Assembly (NCBI GenBank): GCA_964016885.1
Contig: OZ024744.1
Span: 94,984,001 to 95,048,000, forward strand
DNA: 64,000 nt
Origin: Eledone cirrhosa
Taxonomy: Eukaryota
Direction of reading: 5' to 3'
In this document: piece after piece, positions 24,901 to 39,917 of the stretch
Layout: every line of letters begins with the position of its first letter
Position numbering within the stretch: the stretch's first letter is position 1
The notes under the pieces: generated by a model
What the model was told of the DNA's origin: nothing
Database searches by the model: none
What the model saw: the letters and a program-made list of their open reading frames with translations, nothing else
Position numbers and translations under genes: made by a program

Positions 24901-26545
24901 AGTGGAAGGAAGCTGCAGTAGAGGTATAGCAAGGAAGACTTGGGCAAAGGAAATGTCAGTGGAAGGAAGCTGTAGTAGAGGTAGACCAAGGAAGACCTGG
25001 GCAGAGGAAATGTCAGTGGAAGGAAGCCACAGTAGAGGTAGACCAAGGAAGACCTGGGTAGAGGAAATGTCAGTGGAAGGAAGCTGTAGTAGAGGTAGAC
25101 CAAGGAAGACCTGGGTGGAGGAAATACCAGTGGAAGGAAGCTGTAGTAGAAGTAGACCAAGGAAGACCTGGGCAGAGGAAATGTCAGTGGAAGGAAGCTG
25201 CAGTAGAGGTAGACCAAGGAAGACCTGGGCAGAGGAAATGTCAGTGGAAGGAAGCTGTAGTAGAGGTAGACCAAGGAAGAGCTGGGTGGAGGAAATACCA
25301 GTGGAAGGAAGCTGTAGTAGAGGTAGACCAAGGAAGACCTGGGTAGAGGAAAAGTCAGTGGAAGGAAGCTGTAGTAGAGGTAGACCAAGGAAGACCTGGA
25401 TGGAGGAAATACCAGTGGAAGGAAGCTGTAGTAGAGGTAGACCAAGGAAGACCTGGGTAGAGGGAATGTCAGTGGAAGGAAGCCACAGTAGAGGTAGACC
25501 AAGGAAGACCTGGGTAGAGGAAATGTCAGTGGAAGGAAGCTATGATAGAGGTAGACCAAGGAAGACCTGGGTAGAGGAAATGTCAGTGGAAGGAAGCTAT
25601 GATAGAGGTAGACCAAGGAAGACCTGGGTAGAGGAAATGTCAGTGGAAGGAAGCCACAGTAGAGGTAGACCAAGGAAGACCTGGGTAGAGGAAATGTCAG
25701 TGGAAGGAAGCTGTAGTAGAGGAAGACCAGGGAAGACCTGGGTAGAGGAAATGTCAGTGGAACGAAGCTGTGGTAGAGGTAGACCAAGGAAGACCTGGGT
25801 AGAGGAAATGTCAGTGGAACGAAGCTGTGGTAGAGGTAGACCAAGGAAGACCTGGGTAGAGGGAATGTCAGTGGAAGGAAGCCACAGTAGAGGTAGACCA
25901 AGGAAGACCTGGGTAGAGGAAATGTCAGTGGAAGGAAGCTATGATAGAGGTAGACCAAGGAAGACCTGGGTAGAGGAAATGTCAGTGGAAGGAAGCCACA
26001 GTAGAGGTAGACCAAGGAAGACCTGGGCAGAGGAAATGTCAGTGGAAGGAAGCTGCAGTAGAGGTAGACCAAGGAAGACCTGGGTAGAGGAAATGTCAGT
26101 GGAAGGAAGCTGTAGTAGAGGTAGACCAAGGAAGACCTGGGTAGAGGAAATGTCAGTGGAAGGAAGCTGCAGTAGAGGTAGACCAAGGAAGACCTGGGTA
26201 GAGGAAATGTCAGTGGAAGGAAGCTGCAGTAGAGGTAGACCAAGGAAGACCTGGGTAGAGGAAATGTCAGTGGAAGGAAGCTGTAGTAGAGGTAGACCAC
26301 TGAAGACCTGGGTAGAGGAAATGTCAGTGGAAGGAAGCCACAGTAGAGGTAGACCAAGGAAGACCTGGGTAGAGGAAATGTCAGTGGAAGGAAGCTGTAG
26401 TAGAGGAAGACCAGGGAAGACCTGGGTAGAGGAAATGTCAGTGGAAGGAAGCTGTGGTAGAGGTAGACCAAGGAAGACTTGGGCAGAGGAAATGTCAGTG
26501 GAAGGAAGCTGCAGTAAAGGTAGACCAAGGAAGACTTGGGCAGAG
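18977..26545 (+). repeat. 57-bp minisatellite (about 133 copies) derived from an RTE ORF2 C-terminus
   Basis: The unit encodes MSVEGSCSRGRPRKTWAEE and exits into native RTE sequence KTWAEVVRADLKSLRLTEEMTK (26545-26640). Confidence 0.95.
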
Positions 26546-28879
26546 GTGGTGAGAGCTGATCTCAAATCACTGAGACTCACTGAAGAGATGACGAAAGAAC
26601 GCTGCAAATGAAGAGATGTTGTGCTGAAAAGGACCCGTCCAGTGATGTTAGAGCTGTGAAATCTTGCATGAATTAATTTCAACTCTTCTTATTAATAACT
26701 GCATTGTTAAGTTCCAGGAGGGATTATGTTGAAAAATAAACCTCATTTGGCCATCTTGGTTAGCTTATGAAGGAGTGATGCTAGAGCTATGAAATCTTGC
26801 ATGATATAATTTCAAATCTTCTGCACTGTATCTTTCTAGGTCGGACTTCTTATTAATAACTGTACATTGTTTCTTTCTAGAGACTATGTTGAAAAATAAA
26901 CCTCATTTGGTCATTCCATGAGAGTATCTTGGTCAGCCTTTGAACTTTTCAGCTGAGCCTTATATAATTGTTTCTACTTTAACACAAAGCTAGCAATTAC
27001 CCAGTGTATTACTGGTACTTTATTTTATCAACCCCGTAAGGATGAAAGGCAAAGTTAAGCTCAGCGGGATTTGGCCTTATATAATTGTTTCTACTTTTAG
27101 GCACAAGGCCAGCAATTACCCAGTGCATTACTGGTACTTTATTTTATCGACCCCGTAAGGATGAAAGGCAAAGTTAACCTCAGCGGGATTTGGCCTTATA
27201 TAATGTCCAACTGTTTGGTATCTTGTGAAAGAATTATTAGCAAAGGGATCAGTTTCAGAAAACTGCATGAGCTCCAAAATACAAGGATTTACTCATTTAT
27301 TCTGATAAATCTGATTCAACAAAGAAAATTATAGAGTCTGTAAACCAACCAAACCAGACACTTGAATATTTAGCTTGTAGTAAGTACCACATGATTTAAA
27401 CTGGAAAATTCTTATTAATAACTGCATTGTTACTTTCTAGGAGGGACTATATTGAAAATTAAACCTTATTTGTTCATTCCATGAGAGTATTTTGGTCAGT
27501 CTATGAACTTTTCAGCCTACCTTCATATAAATATACACATGTATATATATACGGCCCCTTAATTGTAGAACTAACTCAGTTGAATGGACTCGGCTGCTAT
27601 TTCTAGCTGTCGATAATCCTATTCACGCCACTGGGATGACCCTGTGCGATGTGTGTATTTAAAAAAAATGCCACACGTGGTTCGAGTCATTCACAGATTT
27701 GCATTTGCTGTGTAAACACAGATGGTTGGATCTTCTCCTTTGGCGACCATCCAGGATTTGACTACTGTGATTTACTGGTTAATTGGTGAAATATATTTTT
27801 TACTTAAAGAAATATATACAAAGGAGATTAATCATTTTAAAAGTTGAAGTTCTAGTCAAACTTTAATTAGTTACCTACCTAGCTATGTGTGCTTACATTC
27901 TTTACAAATTATTCCCTGAGATTGTTTCATGTGTTTATTTTATATATATATATGTCAATCTATTTCTAGTTGATATGAAATGCTCGGATCTATTCATTGG
28001 AATCTTTGAGCTTATTCTGCAGTGGATATGGCGCATGTCTCTCGGACATGATAACCCTTAATTTAATTTTGGATATATATATATATATATATACCCATAT
28101 ATATATATCATCATCATCATTTTACATCCGCTTTTCCATGCTTACAAGGGTGGGATAGATCTTCTGCAGCCCAACATCTTTCTATTCGTCACTGTCCCTC
28201 GTCATTTCCTCTGTGAGCTTCAGCAATCTGAGGTCAGCCCTCATACCTCCGCCTATGTTTTTTGTGGTCTTTTTGTGTCTTATTAATAACTGCATTGTTT
28301 TTTTCCAGGGACTAAGTTGAAAAATAAACCTCATTTGGTCATTCCATGAGAGTATCTTGGTCAGCCTATGAAGGAGTGATGCTAGTGCTGTGAAATCTTG
28401 TATCCATTAATTTCAACTCTTCTTACTAATAACCACACTGTTTCTTTACACTTTCCAGGAACTATGTTGAAAAATAAACCTCATTTGGTCATTCCATGAG
28501 AGTATCTTGCTCAGCATATGAACTTTTCAGTTGACTCGTGTATATAAAAAAAAAAAAAAATCACATATGCAGGGAGGGAGAGGATTCCAAATGTCTGACT
28601 GAACTTCTCCTTAACATTTATAGGGTGGGGTGGGGGTGGGAAGGGCAAAGAGTAACAGTTATTGTAAGATAGGGGTGGATTTAGTAATTGTGGATAACTA
28701 TCATATTGTTCACACGTACACACATATACTCAGACACACACACACACACACACAAACACACATATATGCACAGACACTCATACACAGTCATATTTATAAA
28801 CGTGCAAATACACAACCCAATATATAAAATTTGTGGTTCTACAGTCAGGCAAAAGCCATGAATTAAATGTTAAATAGTA

Positions 28880-30669
28880 GAGGTCCTCACTACATTCCAT
28901 AATGGAATTTACACCTGCAATGCTGCGACGTCACCTTAAAAATAAATGCAACCATGCCTCTCCTGGTCTTGGTGGTGTTACGTACTTGCTTCTCAAACGT
29001 GGTGGGTACTTCCTTCTGCACCAGCTATCACCGCTTCTTCCAATTCTGTCTGAACAACAGTGCTACTCCAGAACAGTGGAAAACTGCCAGTGTCATTCCT
29101 CTGTTCAAAAAGGGTGACCACACATCACCTGTGAACTATCGTCCAGTCAGTCTTACTAGCTGCATTGCCAAACTGATGGAATCCTGTGTCAGAGAAACAC
29201 TCTGGAACTTCTGGAACTTCTGGAGCTCTCACAGTCTTATCCGGCCCTCGCAATTTGGATTTATCCCCAACTCCAGCTGCTGTGATCAACTTATCGAGTT
29301 TCTTGAAGACATCACCCGGATCAGTGATGGCGGCTCATGGGTGGATGTTATTTACCTTGACTTTGCTAAAGCTTTCAATTCTGTGCCACACAAATGACTT
29401 ATGGCAAAACTCTCTGCAATGGGTGTGAAGGATGATCTTTTTAACTGGTTGAAGTCCTTCATTCTCAGTCGAAGAGAGGTAGTCACGGTTCTAGGACAGC
29501 ATTCCTTGCCATATGAGATGTCATCTGGTGTACCACAAGGATCTGCTCTTGGCCCCCTTTTGTTTGTGGCATATATTAATGACATAGATGGCAACTTAAA
29601 GAATGCCACAGTACTGAAATATGCAGATGACATCAAGCTGTACCTTGAGATAAAAAGGACAGATCCTGAACACTATAGATCTTGCCTGTAATCTGACCAT
29701 GGATTACGGACTGGCAACTCAAGCTGGCTTGTGGACAAGTGTACCACCATGCATTTTGGGAGTAAAAACCCAGCATACACATACTCCCTCCACAACACTA
29801 ATATCAAGAAGTCCTCTTGTGAACGTGACCTGGGCATTACTGTCAGCAGCGATTTGCGTTGGATGAAGCACGTCTCTAAAATTGTCAAGAAGGCCAAGGG
29901 TGTCTTAGCATCACTCAGCAAGACCTTTGTCAGCCGCTCTCCAGCTATCTATTTAAAGCTGTATATAGCTATGGTGTGGCCACACTTAGAATTTGCATCA
30001 CCAGTCTGGAACCCTTATCTTGCTCAGAACATTGACTGCCTGGAAACTGTTCAGAGACGTGCAACCAAACGAATACCCTCCATCAGGCATCTACCATACT
30101 CTGAACGCCTTGCTTCCCTGGGCATGGATACATTGAAGCTCCGACATCTGGCAACTGACTTGGTAAACACCCACAAAATTATTAACCATCTTGCCAACAA
30201 CAACCCTGAGTACCTTTTTGATTTCTAACAAAGTCAGAAAACAGCACAGCTCCCACGACTTTCGGAAACATTTTTTCATGTTCAGAGTTGCTGAAGCATG
30301 GAACAAACTCCCTACATCAGTTGTTAGCTGTCGAGACACTGCATCCTTTAAAACCTCCATGGAACAAACTCCCTACATCAGTTGTTAGCTGTCGAGACAC
30401 TGCATCCTTTAAAATCTCCATGGAACAAACTCCCTACATCAGTTGTTAGCTGTCGAGACACTGCATCCTTTAAAGCCTTCATGCTTCCTGAGATTCGCCA
30501 ACACTACACCTAATATTACCCCTCCATACACGCGCACACATGTATATCATGTCTCATACACTATTCACTTCCCTGACATCTGTACATTATTCTATGTACT
30601 ATACATGCACCTTTGATGAGTTGTAGTGCACCTGAGCACTGTACACAATAATTTCATTATTATTATTAT
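28880..30669 (+). mobile_element. 5'-truncated CR1/L2-type LINE, disrupted RT
   Basis: NYRPVSLTS, QFGF, YLDFAKAFNSVPH, SGVPQGSALGPLLF and YADD motifs with stops and frameshifts; 61-bp triplication near 30297-30480; (ATT)n tail. Confidence 0.93.
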
Positions 30670-30689
30670 GATTCAAACCTGGCAGTCGC

Positions 30690-31983
30690 TGTAGTGATGG
30701 TAGTAGTAGTAGTATTAGTAGTGGTGGTGGTAGTGGTAGTAGTGGTAGTGGTGGTAGTGGTGGTGGTGGTAGTGGTGGTAGTAGTAGTAGTAGTACTAGT
30801 AGTGGTGGTGATGGTAGTGGTATGGTGGTGGTGGTGGTGGTAGTAGTAGTATTAGTAGTGGTGGTGGTAGTGATAGTAGTGGTGGTGGTGGTAGTAGTGG
30901 TGACAGTGGTGGTGGTAGTGATGGTGGTGGTGATGGTGGTGGTGGTGGTGGTAGTGATGGTGGTAGTGATGGTGGTAGTGGCAGTGGTAGTGATGGTGGT
31001 AGTGGCAGTGATAGTGGTGGTGGTAGTAGTAGTAGTATTAGTAGTGGTGGTGGTGGTATGGTCGTGGTAGTGGTGGTGGTGTTAGTGGTGGTGATAGTAG
31101 TAGTATTAGTAGTGGTGGTGGTGGTAGTGGTAGTAGTGGTATGGGTGTGGTTGTAGTGTTGGTAGAGGTGGTGGTGGTGGTAGTAGTAGTATTAGTAGTG
31201 GTGGTGGTAGTGGTAGTAGTGGTGGTATGGTGGTAGTGGTGGTGGTGGTAGTGGTGGTGCCACAGAAAGATTCTTTTTGCATACACATACAAACACACAC
31301 ACACACAGCCAAATACACATATACACACAACCAAATACACATATTCACACACATAGCCAAATACACACACACACGCAGCCAAACACACATATACACACAC
31401 GCAGCCAAACACACATATACACATACACAGCCAAATACACACATATACACACACAGCCAAACACACATATACACATACACACAGCGAAATACACATATAC
31501 ACACACACAGCCAAATACACATATATTCACACACACACACACACACAGCCAAATACACATATACATACACACACAACGAAACACACATACATACACACAC
31601 ACACGCAAACAAATACATACACACAAACACAAACATACACACACACACAAACATACATACACACACACAAACATTCACACATACACACACAAACATTCAC
31701 ACAAACACACAAACACATACACACACATCACACACTTAAACTTACACACATCACACACACATACACTCACATCACACACACACTTAAACATACACACACA
31801 AACACACACATACACAAACATACACATACACACACCCAATCAGCAAAAATGGTTAAATTTGATATTTATTGGTGGAAATGTCATCAAACGTAATAACTGT
31901 TGACAGGTGTACTGTAGAAAGTCGTTTTCTTATTAACACTAAAATGTCACTTCTACTACTACTACTACTACTACAGCAGCAGC

Positions 31984-32018
<35 letters not shown>

Positions 32019-32034
32019 CAGCAGTAGTAGTGGC

Positions 32035-32075
<41 letters not shown>

Positions 32076-32306
32076 CAGCAGCAGCTACTACTACTACTGC
32101 TACTACTACTACTACTGCTGCTACTGTTGCTACTACTACTACAGCTGCTACTACTGCTACTACTACCACTACTACTGCTGCTACTACTACTACTGCTGCT
32201 GCTACTGCTGCTACTACTGCTACTACTACTACTACTACTGCTGCTACTACTACTGCTACTATTACTGCTACTACTGCTGCTACTACTACTACTACTACTA
32301 CTGCTG

Positions 32307-32358
<52 letters not shown>

Positions 32359-32734
32359 CACTACTACTGCTACTACTACTACTACAGCTGCTACTACTGC
32401 TACTACTACCACTACTACTACTACTGCTACTACTACTGCTACTACTACCACTACTACTACTGCTACTACTACTACTACTACTACTACTGCTACTACTACT
32501 ACTACTGCTGCTACTACTGCTGCTACTACTGCTGCTACTACTACTACTACTACTACCACTACTACTGCTGCTGCTACTACTGCTACTACTACCACTATTA
32601 CTGCTACTACTACTACTGCTGCTGCTACTGCTGCTCTACTACTACTACTGTTGCTGCTGCTACTACTACCACCACTACTACTACTGCTGTTGCTGCTACT
32701 ACTACTACTACTGTTGCTACCGCCGCCACTGCTG

Positions 32735-32770
<36 letters not shown>

Positions 32771-33280
32771 GTACTACTTCTAGTACTACTACTGCTACTG
32801 CTGCTGCTGCTGCTGTTGTTGTACTACTACTACTGCTATTGCTGCTGCTACTACTACGACTACTACCACGTCCACCACCACTACAACTAATACTACCATT
32901 TCCACTACAACCGCTACAACTACCATTATAACCACTACTACTGCTACAACCACCACCACTGCCACTACCATCACCACTGTTGCTGCTGTTACAACTACCA
33001 CCACCACCACAACAACAACTACCACCACCACCACTACAACAACAACAACCACTATTAGTGCTACTAGTATGATACTTCCTCTATTACTTCAACTACCACC
33101 ACCACCACCACCATCACCACCACCACCATCACCACCATCACCACCACCACCATCACCACCACCATCACCACCACCACCACCATCACCACCACCACCACTA
33201 TCACCACCACCACCACCATCACCACCACCACCATCACCATCACCATCACCATCACCACCACCATCACCACCATCACCACT
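30690..33280. repeat. Compound microsatellite block (GTG/GTA)n, (CA)n-like, (CTA/CTG)n, (CAC/CAT)n
   Basis: Directly visible. Confidence 0.95.
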
Positions 33281-34234
33281 GTTGCTGCTCTATTTTGGCC
33301 CTTCTTGAGGATTTCTATAAGCTTTATGACATTTTCCTACCCATTACATCTGAAATTTGGGAACAGGGAACACTCTTCTCCCCCTCCCCCTGTCATTCTC
33401 CTTGTTATACACCCTCCCTCCCCACTAACCTCTTCATTCTTCCTTTCTTCCTACTTGCTCCCTCCTTTCTTCCTTCCTTTCTTATATCATTTGTCTCCTT
33501 TCATTTTTATATTACTTCTTAGCCAGAAAAGATACAAATATTGTTGTATCATATTTAGACAGGACAAAAAGCACCCAGCCCATACAGTAAAGTGGTTGCG
33601 TAGGAGTCACGACATAAAGACGAAAAGCACCCAATTAACACTATAATGTGGTTGTTTTGGTGCCACGACAAAAAGCACCCACCTGTAAAGTGATCATGTA
33701 GGTCATCATCATCATCATCATCATCACCGTCTTACGTCCGTTCTTCCACGCTAGCATGGGTTAGATGGGTTATCCTGTTGTGGGCAGTGTCTGGTCGGTT
33801 GACCTTGTCTTGCTCATACAGGAACTGATTCTGGCTTGATTTCTACAGCTGGATGCCCTTCCTAACACCAACCTCATTTACAGTGAGTGCAGGGCGCTTT
33901 TTTTTCCATGGCGCCTACACGTCCACTTTACAGTGTGGGCTGGGTGCTTTTTTTGCTGTGGCACCTCCACGACCACTTTGCAGTGGGAGGGGGTGGGGGA
34001 CATATTGTCTATATGCTTCAGTTTCGGCTTGTTCCTGTGGGAAGTCGGGTCTTCTGTATTACTGTGTGACACCAGAGGTCATGGTCCAGTGTCATCGCCC
34101 TTGAGAGGTGCAATAAGGTTGGCTTTTATCACCTTATTCCACGTCTTCTTGGGTCTCCCCACTCCGCGGCTTCCATTGACTTCTAGTGCTCTGCATCTTT
34201 CTATGCAGCTGTCATCCTTCATAAGCATCATGTT

Positions 34235-34620
34235 TTGGTGTCACAACAAAAAGTACCCAGTCCACACTGTAAAGTGGTCATGTAGGTGTCATGACAAAAA
34301 GCACCATGCCCACACTGTAAAGTGGTCATGTAGGTGTCATAACAAAAAGCACCATGCCCACACTGTAAAGTGGTCATGTAGGTGTCATGACAAAAAGCAC
34401 CATGCCCACACTGTAAAGTGGTCATGTAGGTGTCATAACAAAAAGCACCCACTCCACTCTGTAAAGTGGTCATGTTGGTGTCACAACAAAAAGCACTCAG
34501 TCCACACATTAAAGTGGTCATGTAGGTGTCACGATAAAAAACACCCAGTCCACACATTAAAGTGGTCATGTAGGTGTCACGATAAAAAACACCCAGTCCA
34601 CATTGTAAAGTGGTCATGCA
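34235..34620 (+). repeat. 48-bp SINE-derived minisatellite (about 8 copies)
   Basis: Same unit as 9160-9985. Confidence 0.88.
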
Positions 34621-34629
34621 GGTGGGGGG

Positions 34630-34860
34630 ATATCAGGTGTAGTTTTGGCGAATCTCGAGAAGCATGGAGGTTTTAAAGGATGCAGTGTCTCGACAGCTAA
34701 CAACTGATGCAGGTAGTTTGTTCCATGCCTCAGCAACTCTGAGCATGAAAGTTTCCGAACTTCATGGGAGCTGTGCTGTTTTCTGATTTTGTGGGCATGT
34801 CCACAGGTTTTAGACATATGGAATTGAAAAAGGTGCTCGAGGTTGTTGATGGAAATATGT
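34630..34860 (-). mobile_element. CR1-type LINE 3' fragment
   Basis: Reverse complement of the 490-710 region. Confidence 0.8.
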
Positions 34861-35264
34861 TTAGATGTTTATGAAATATAATTGTTGAGAATGCAATGTA
34901 TTTTAAAATGCCATTCAGATACCAAGTCGTTAGTTTACAAGAGTCATTAATATTTATGATTGTTTTTTTTTTACAAAACAAAACAGAAAAAAAAAAAAAA
35001 AATTTAACAAAAATTAGAAAAAATAAATGTGACCTCCTTTTTAAATGCAATCTAAAGTCATTTGAAACTGGAAAAATTGAAAAAAAAAAAAATATAAAAA
35101 GAAGAAAAAAAAAGGGTGTAAGAGTAAAAATTTAAATTATCAGAGATTCTGCAAGCATTGAAATTATGTAGTATAAAAATAAAAAATAAAAGGAAAAGAA
35201 AATTTCTAAATTGACACTATGGGAATGCGGTTGGAATGACTCAGGGAAAAAAACCGCTGGACAG

Positions 35265-35470
35265 ATTTTACGGGCAAAACCAACCAGCAGGAGACCCAGG
35301 GGTAGACCCCGAGCAAGATGGTTGGATAACATATATTAGCTTGGCTGGTCTCATTTGTGGATCCAGCCAGATAAGTTGGAGACGGTTGCTTCTGACAGGA
35401 CCCACTGAAAGGAGTTTTTGAGGACTCTGTCCCCAAGACCCTCTCAGGAATAAGTGGATGAAGAAGAAGA
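35265..35470 (+). mobile_element. Expander/Rex3-like RTE 3' fragment
   Basis: Reads ...PRGRPRARWLDNI...LSPRPSQE* then a (GAA)n tail. Confidence 0.65.
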
Positions 35471-36284
35471 AATTGGAAAAATGAGATGATGTAAATAAGA
35501 AACAATCTTTTTTTTTTCTTTTTTAGCAATTGTTGTATGTTCATATATATATATGAAGAGATTCAGAACCCCAACGACGGAGCTTCGGCTGTTTTGGCAG
35601 CTAGCGGTCAAAACAGCCAGAGCTCAACTGTCAGGGTCCTGAATCTCTTCATATTACCTACTCTACCACCCCAAGTATCGAGTACTCTGGTGGGTTATGT
35701 TCCACCTGGTATTTTACTACACCCTACCTGATATCATCATCATCATCATCATCACCGTTTTACATCCGTTCTTCCACGTTAGCATAGGTGACGGGTTGTC
35801 TAACCCATGCTAGCATGGAAGAACGGATGTAAATATATATATATATCAGAAACAGTTCCCGTATGAGCAAGACAAGGTCAGCCGACTAGGCACTGCCCAC
35901 AACAGGACAACCCATCTAACCCATGCTAGTGTGGAAGAATGGACGTAAAACGGTGATGATGATGGTGATATGTTGTTTACTTGTCCCCCTCGCCTTACGC
36001 GAATTCTGGCCCCAATAACTTTTTTTAGTTATTGCTCGCACCAACCTGAGGTATCTGATTTTTAATGCGATGAAATACCAATGATGGTTGGAAAATCACT
36101 GACGAAGGACTATTTTTATCATATGTAACCCATGTGCAAACCACGCAGTATTCTACTTTCTTCTCATGTTTTTTTATATATATATATATATAAGCAAAAG
36201 GGACATTTAATTTGTTGGTAATTCAACAAATATAAATGTTTATAACTGATTCAAAGCACTCAACAAATTTCTGGAGTAAATATT

Positions 36285-36551
36285 CAATGGTATTAAATAA
36301 ATGGAAACTATATTTATAAAACCATATTTATTCTATTATATATATTTCAAGGGTACCAAAACTTTGGTACACTCTCATCAGATAAAATACAAAGTTTGTT
36401 TTACAAATATTGACAGATCCAGGAAGGAGATCTTAACGGTTCAAGTTTTTCCACTATCCAGGAAAAACTGGTACCAAAGTTTTGGTACCCTTGAAATATA
36501 TATAATAGAATAAATATGGTTTTATAAATATAGTTTCCATTTATTTAATAT

Positions 36552-36556
<5 letters not shown>
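36285..36556. mobile_element. Inverted-repeat hammerhead element, family E
   Basis: Arms about 36285-36370 and 36471-36556, followed by (TA)n. Confidence 0.8.
36329..36389 (-). ncRNA. Type I minimal hammerhead motif
   Basis: tattttat-CTGATGA-gagtgtaccaaa..tttggtaccctt-GAAA-tatata-TA-atagaata. Confidence 0.8.
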
Positions 36557-36621
<65 letters not shown>

Positions 36622-37229
36622 AGGAACCCCGATGGCTGAGCTCAAGCCGTTTTGACGGCTAATTCTGGACGAAACGGCCTGAGCTCAGCCGCCGGGGTCC
36701 TACTCATTCCTATTACCCACTCTACTAGAGCATTGGCCTTGCAATCGAAAGGTTGTGAGTTCAATTCTCAGACCGGGTGATGTGTTGTTTCCTTGAGCAA
36801 GACACTTTATTTCACATTGCTCCAGTTTACTCAGCTGTAGAAATGAGATGATAGGGACTGGGGTCCCTATCATTCCACTGCAACGTGGTCGTGTAGGCAC
36901 CATGGAAAAAAAGCACCCAGCACTCACTGTAAATGAGGTTGGTGTTAGGAAGGGCATCCAGCTGTAGAAATCAAGCCAGCATCAGTTCCCGTCCCACCCT
37001 TGCAAGCAGGGAAAAGCGGACGTAAAAATGAAATGAAAAAAAATGAAATGAAATGAAATATATATATATATTATTTGTATTTTGTATATTATTTATTTAT
37101 TTATATTTTGTGTTTTATATTTTTATATTTTATTATTTATTTCCTTTGTTTATATTAGCCTGATGCCAACCAATGATTTGTGAGTGAATTTGATAGAACG
37201 GAAACCTTAGAAGAAGCCTGTTGTGTATG

Positions 37230-37775
<546 letters not shown>

Positions 37776-38224
37776 GAGGGTCAGTTTACTGACAATGCTT
37801 AGAGCAACTGATGACATTTGTTTATGTCCTACATAACAAAAATATGTCCTGCAGTATAGCATTTCAATAATGATGAGCAGCATATAACAAACTTAAAGTG
37901 TTGTTTGTCATCAGGAAGGGCATCGAACTATACAAAATGCTACTCCCTTTTGCCAACAAAAGACAAGATGGAGTAACAGATTAAGACCAGAAAGAAGAAG
38001 AGGCACAAAAAAGATTATATAGTCATTGAGGAGGTCACAAAATGTGTGACAAAAGAACTTTGACGAACTAACCATTAACTAGTAATAAAGATAAAGTGAA
38101 AAAGTTAAAATAATATTGAGTGTGTGTTTTTCTTTTATTTGTACTACTGGCAACATGGCCATCCCAAAATATAACAATATCAGTCTCAACACAGGATTTC
38201 ACATCAAGAATCTTACAGAACAAA

Positions 38225-38431
38225 TATGAGAGTTGGCTGAAAACTTCATAGGATGACTTTGAAAGAGTGATGCTAGAGCTGTGAAATCTTGCATGTAATG
38301 CATTAATTCCAACTCTTCTTATTAATAACTGTATTGTTTCTTTCCAGGGACTATGTTGAAAAATAAACCCCATTTGGTCATTCCATGAGAATATCTTGGT
38401 CAGTCTATGAACCATTCAACCGACCCTCATA
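38225..38431. mobile_element. Tc1/mariner-type MITE
   Basis: TA-bounded imperfect TIRs tatgagagttggctgaaaacttcatag / ctatgaaccattcaaccgaccctcata. Relatives near 16990, 26640-26960, 27410, 28280-28540, 43130-43460, 48340-48760 and 49310-49960. Confidence 0.72.
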
Positions 38432-39022
38432 CATAAACATTAATAAAATCCTTTTCATATATAACATATATGAAAAGGATTTTATATATATGTACATACA
38501 TGCACACACACACATACACTCACATACATACATACATACACACACATGCAAACACACATACATACACACATACACATATACACACATACATACACACACA
38601 AAAATCTATATAATGGGTTTCTTTTATGGTTTATGTCTACCAAGTCCATTGTTATATTTATATATATTTTTCTTTTCAATAATACTGAGAATATTATTGG
38701 ACCGTGATTAGTGTGACGTTAAATGTCAAATATATAAAACTCACAACATTTCTATGTCAGCACCTTTTCATTAACATACCAATACTGAGAATTAATCAGA
38801 TTAGGGGATAGATATAATGTAGCGAGTCATTTAGAAGGCCTACTAAGTATTATCTTCAAGCTGAAGCATATGTACAGTATGTCCCACCCCCTAGCCAACA
38901 CTGTAAAGTGGACATGTAAACGACACGGTGGGGGAACACCCAGCCCATACTGTAAAATGGACATGTATATATATATATACAAAGTGTTAAAACGATCAAA
39001 TTTTAGCTTAGAACATTTATTT

Positions 39023-39071
39023 GCTGACAATTGTTTCTTCCAGACAGAAGGAAGTTCAGAATCATCAGAGC
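39023..39071 (-). ncRNA. Type I minimal hammerhead motif
   Basis: gct-CTGATGA-ttc...gaa-GAAA-caattg-TC-agc; palindromic loop III. Confidence 0.72.
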
Positions 39072-39870
39072 CTAGGGAATGTCGAAACATGTGACTAGAA
39101 TCCTAGTCATTCAGAACATTTAGGGTACATAATAGTTGTTAGTGTCATTGACATCATGTGGAGAGTCAGGAGTTAAAAAGATAATTTGTAGATAAAAATG
39201 CATAAGATAATATACCTACAATAACAAGATGGCCAGTAATTCAGTGGAATTTGCATTTAACAAACAAACACCTATTGACTATAAACGACTCAAACTAATC
39301 TCATGGTTAATAGCTGTGAGTAACAAACAACATATACACATACATACGAACTACAACACAAAAACACTTGAATGAAAATCACCTATCCAACTCTATTACG
39401 TGCTTTACATTACACCTTACATAACAAATTCCTACATTATCACCACATGTCTCTCTAATAAATAGCACGCTATCTTAAACATTTATAACATGCTTTATAA
39501 TATGCTTTAACACCCCACACAACATATGTTTATTTCAACTGCATTATAACTCTTTCCTCATACATGCCTTATTGATTGTATTGACTCCTGAATTGTACAC
39601 CCATAACATTAACTGTTCTCCAATGTTAAGATATCTTATATCTTATGTCTATCCTATCCCACACTTTTCCTTGCTTATAACATTTTTGTTTGAACCTTTT
39701 CCTTATACCTCTTACACTTTCAACCTGTGCTGCCTGCAATTGTGTTCTCTCAAGCATAACACCTTGTTAACTCCTGACTCTCCACATGATGCCTTTGACA
39801 CTAACAACAATTATGTACCCTAAATGTTCTGAATGACTAGGATTTTAGTCACATGTTTCGACATTCCCTA

Positions 39871-39917
39871 TGCTCTGATGATTCCAGACTTCCCTCTGAA
39901 AGAAACAATTATCAGCA
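39871..39917 (+). ncRNA. Type I minimal hammerhead motif (mutated twin)
   Basis: tgct-CTGATGA-ttccaga...tctgaaa-GAAA-caatta-TC-agca. Confidence 0.65.

Noticed and set aside
19198-26611. 604-aa, 875-aa and antisense 866-aa repeat ORFs as real proteins
   Set aside because: They are products of a 57-bp unit that is stop-free in several frames; scattered stops and frameshifts; LINE-derived and intronic.
31939-33308. Mucin-like poly-Thr, poly-Val and poly-Pro ORFs
   Set aside because: Microsatellite translations.
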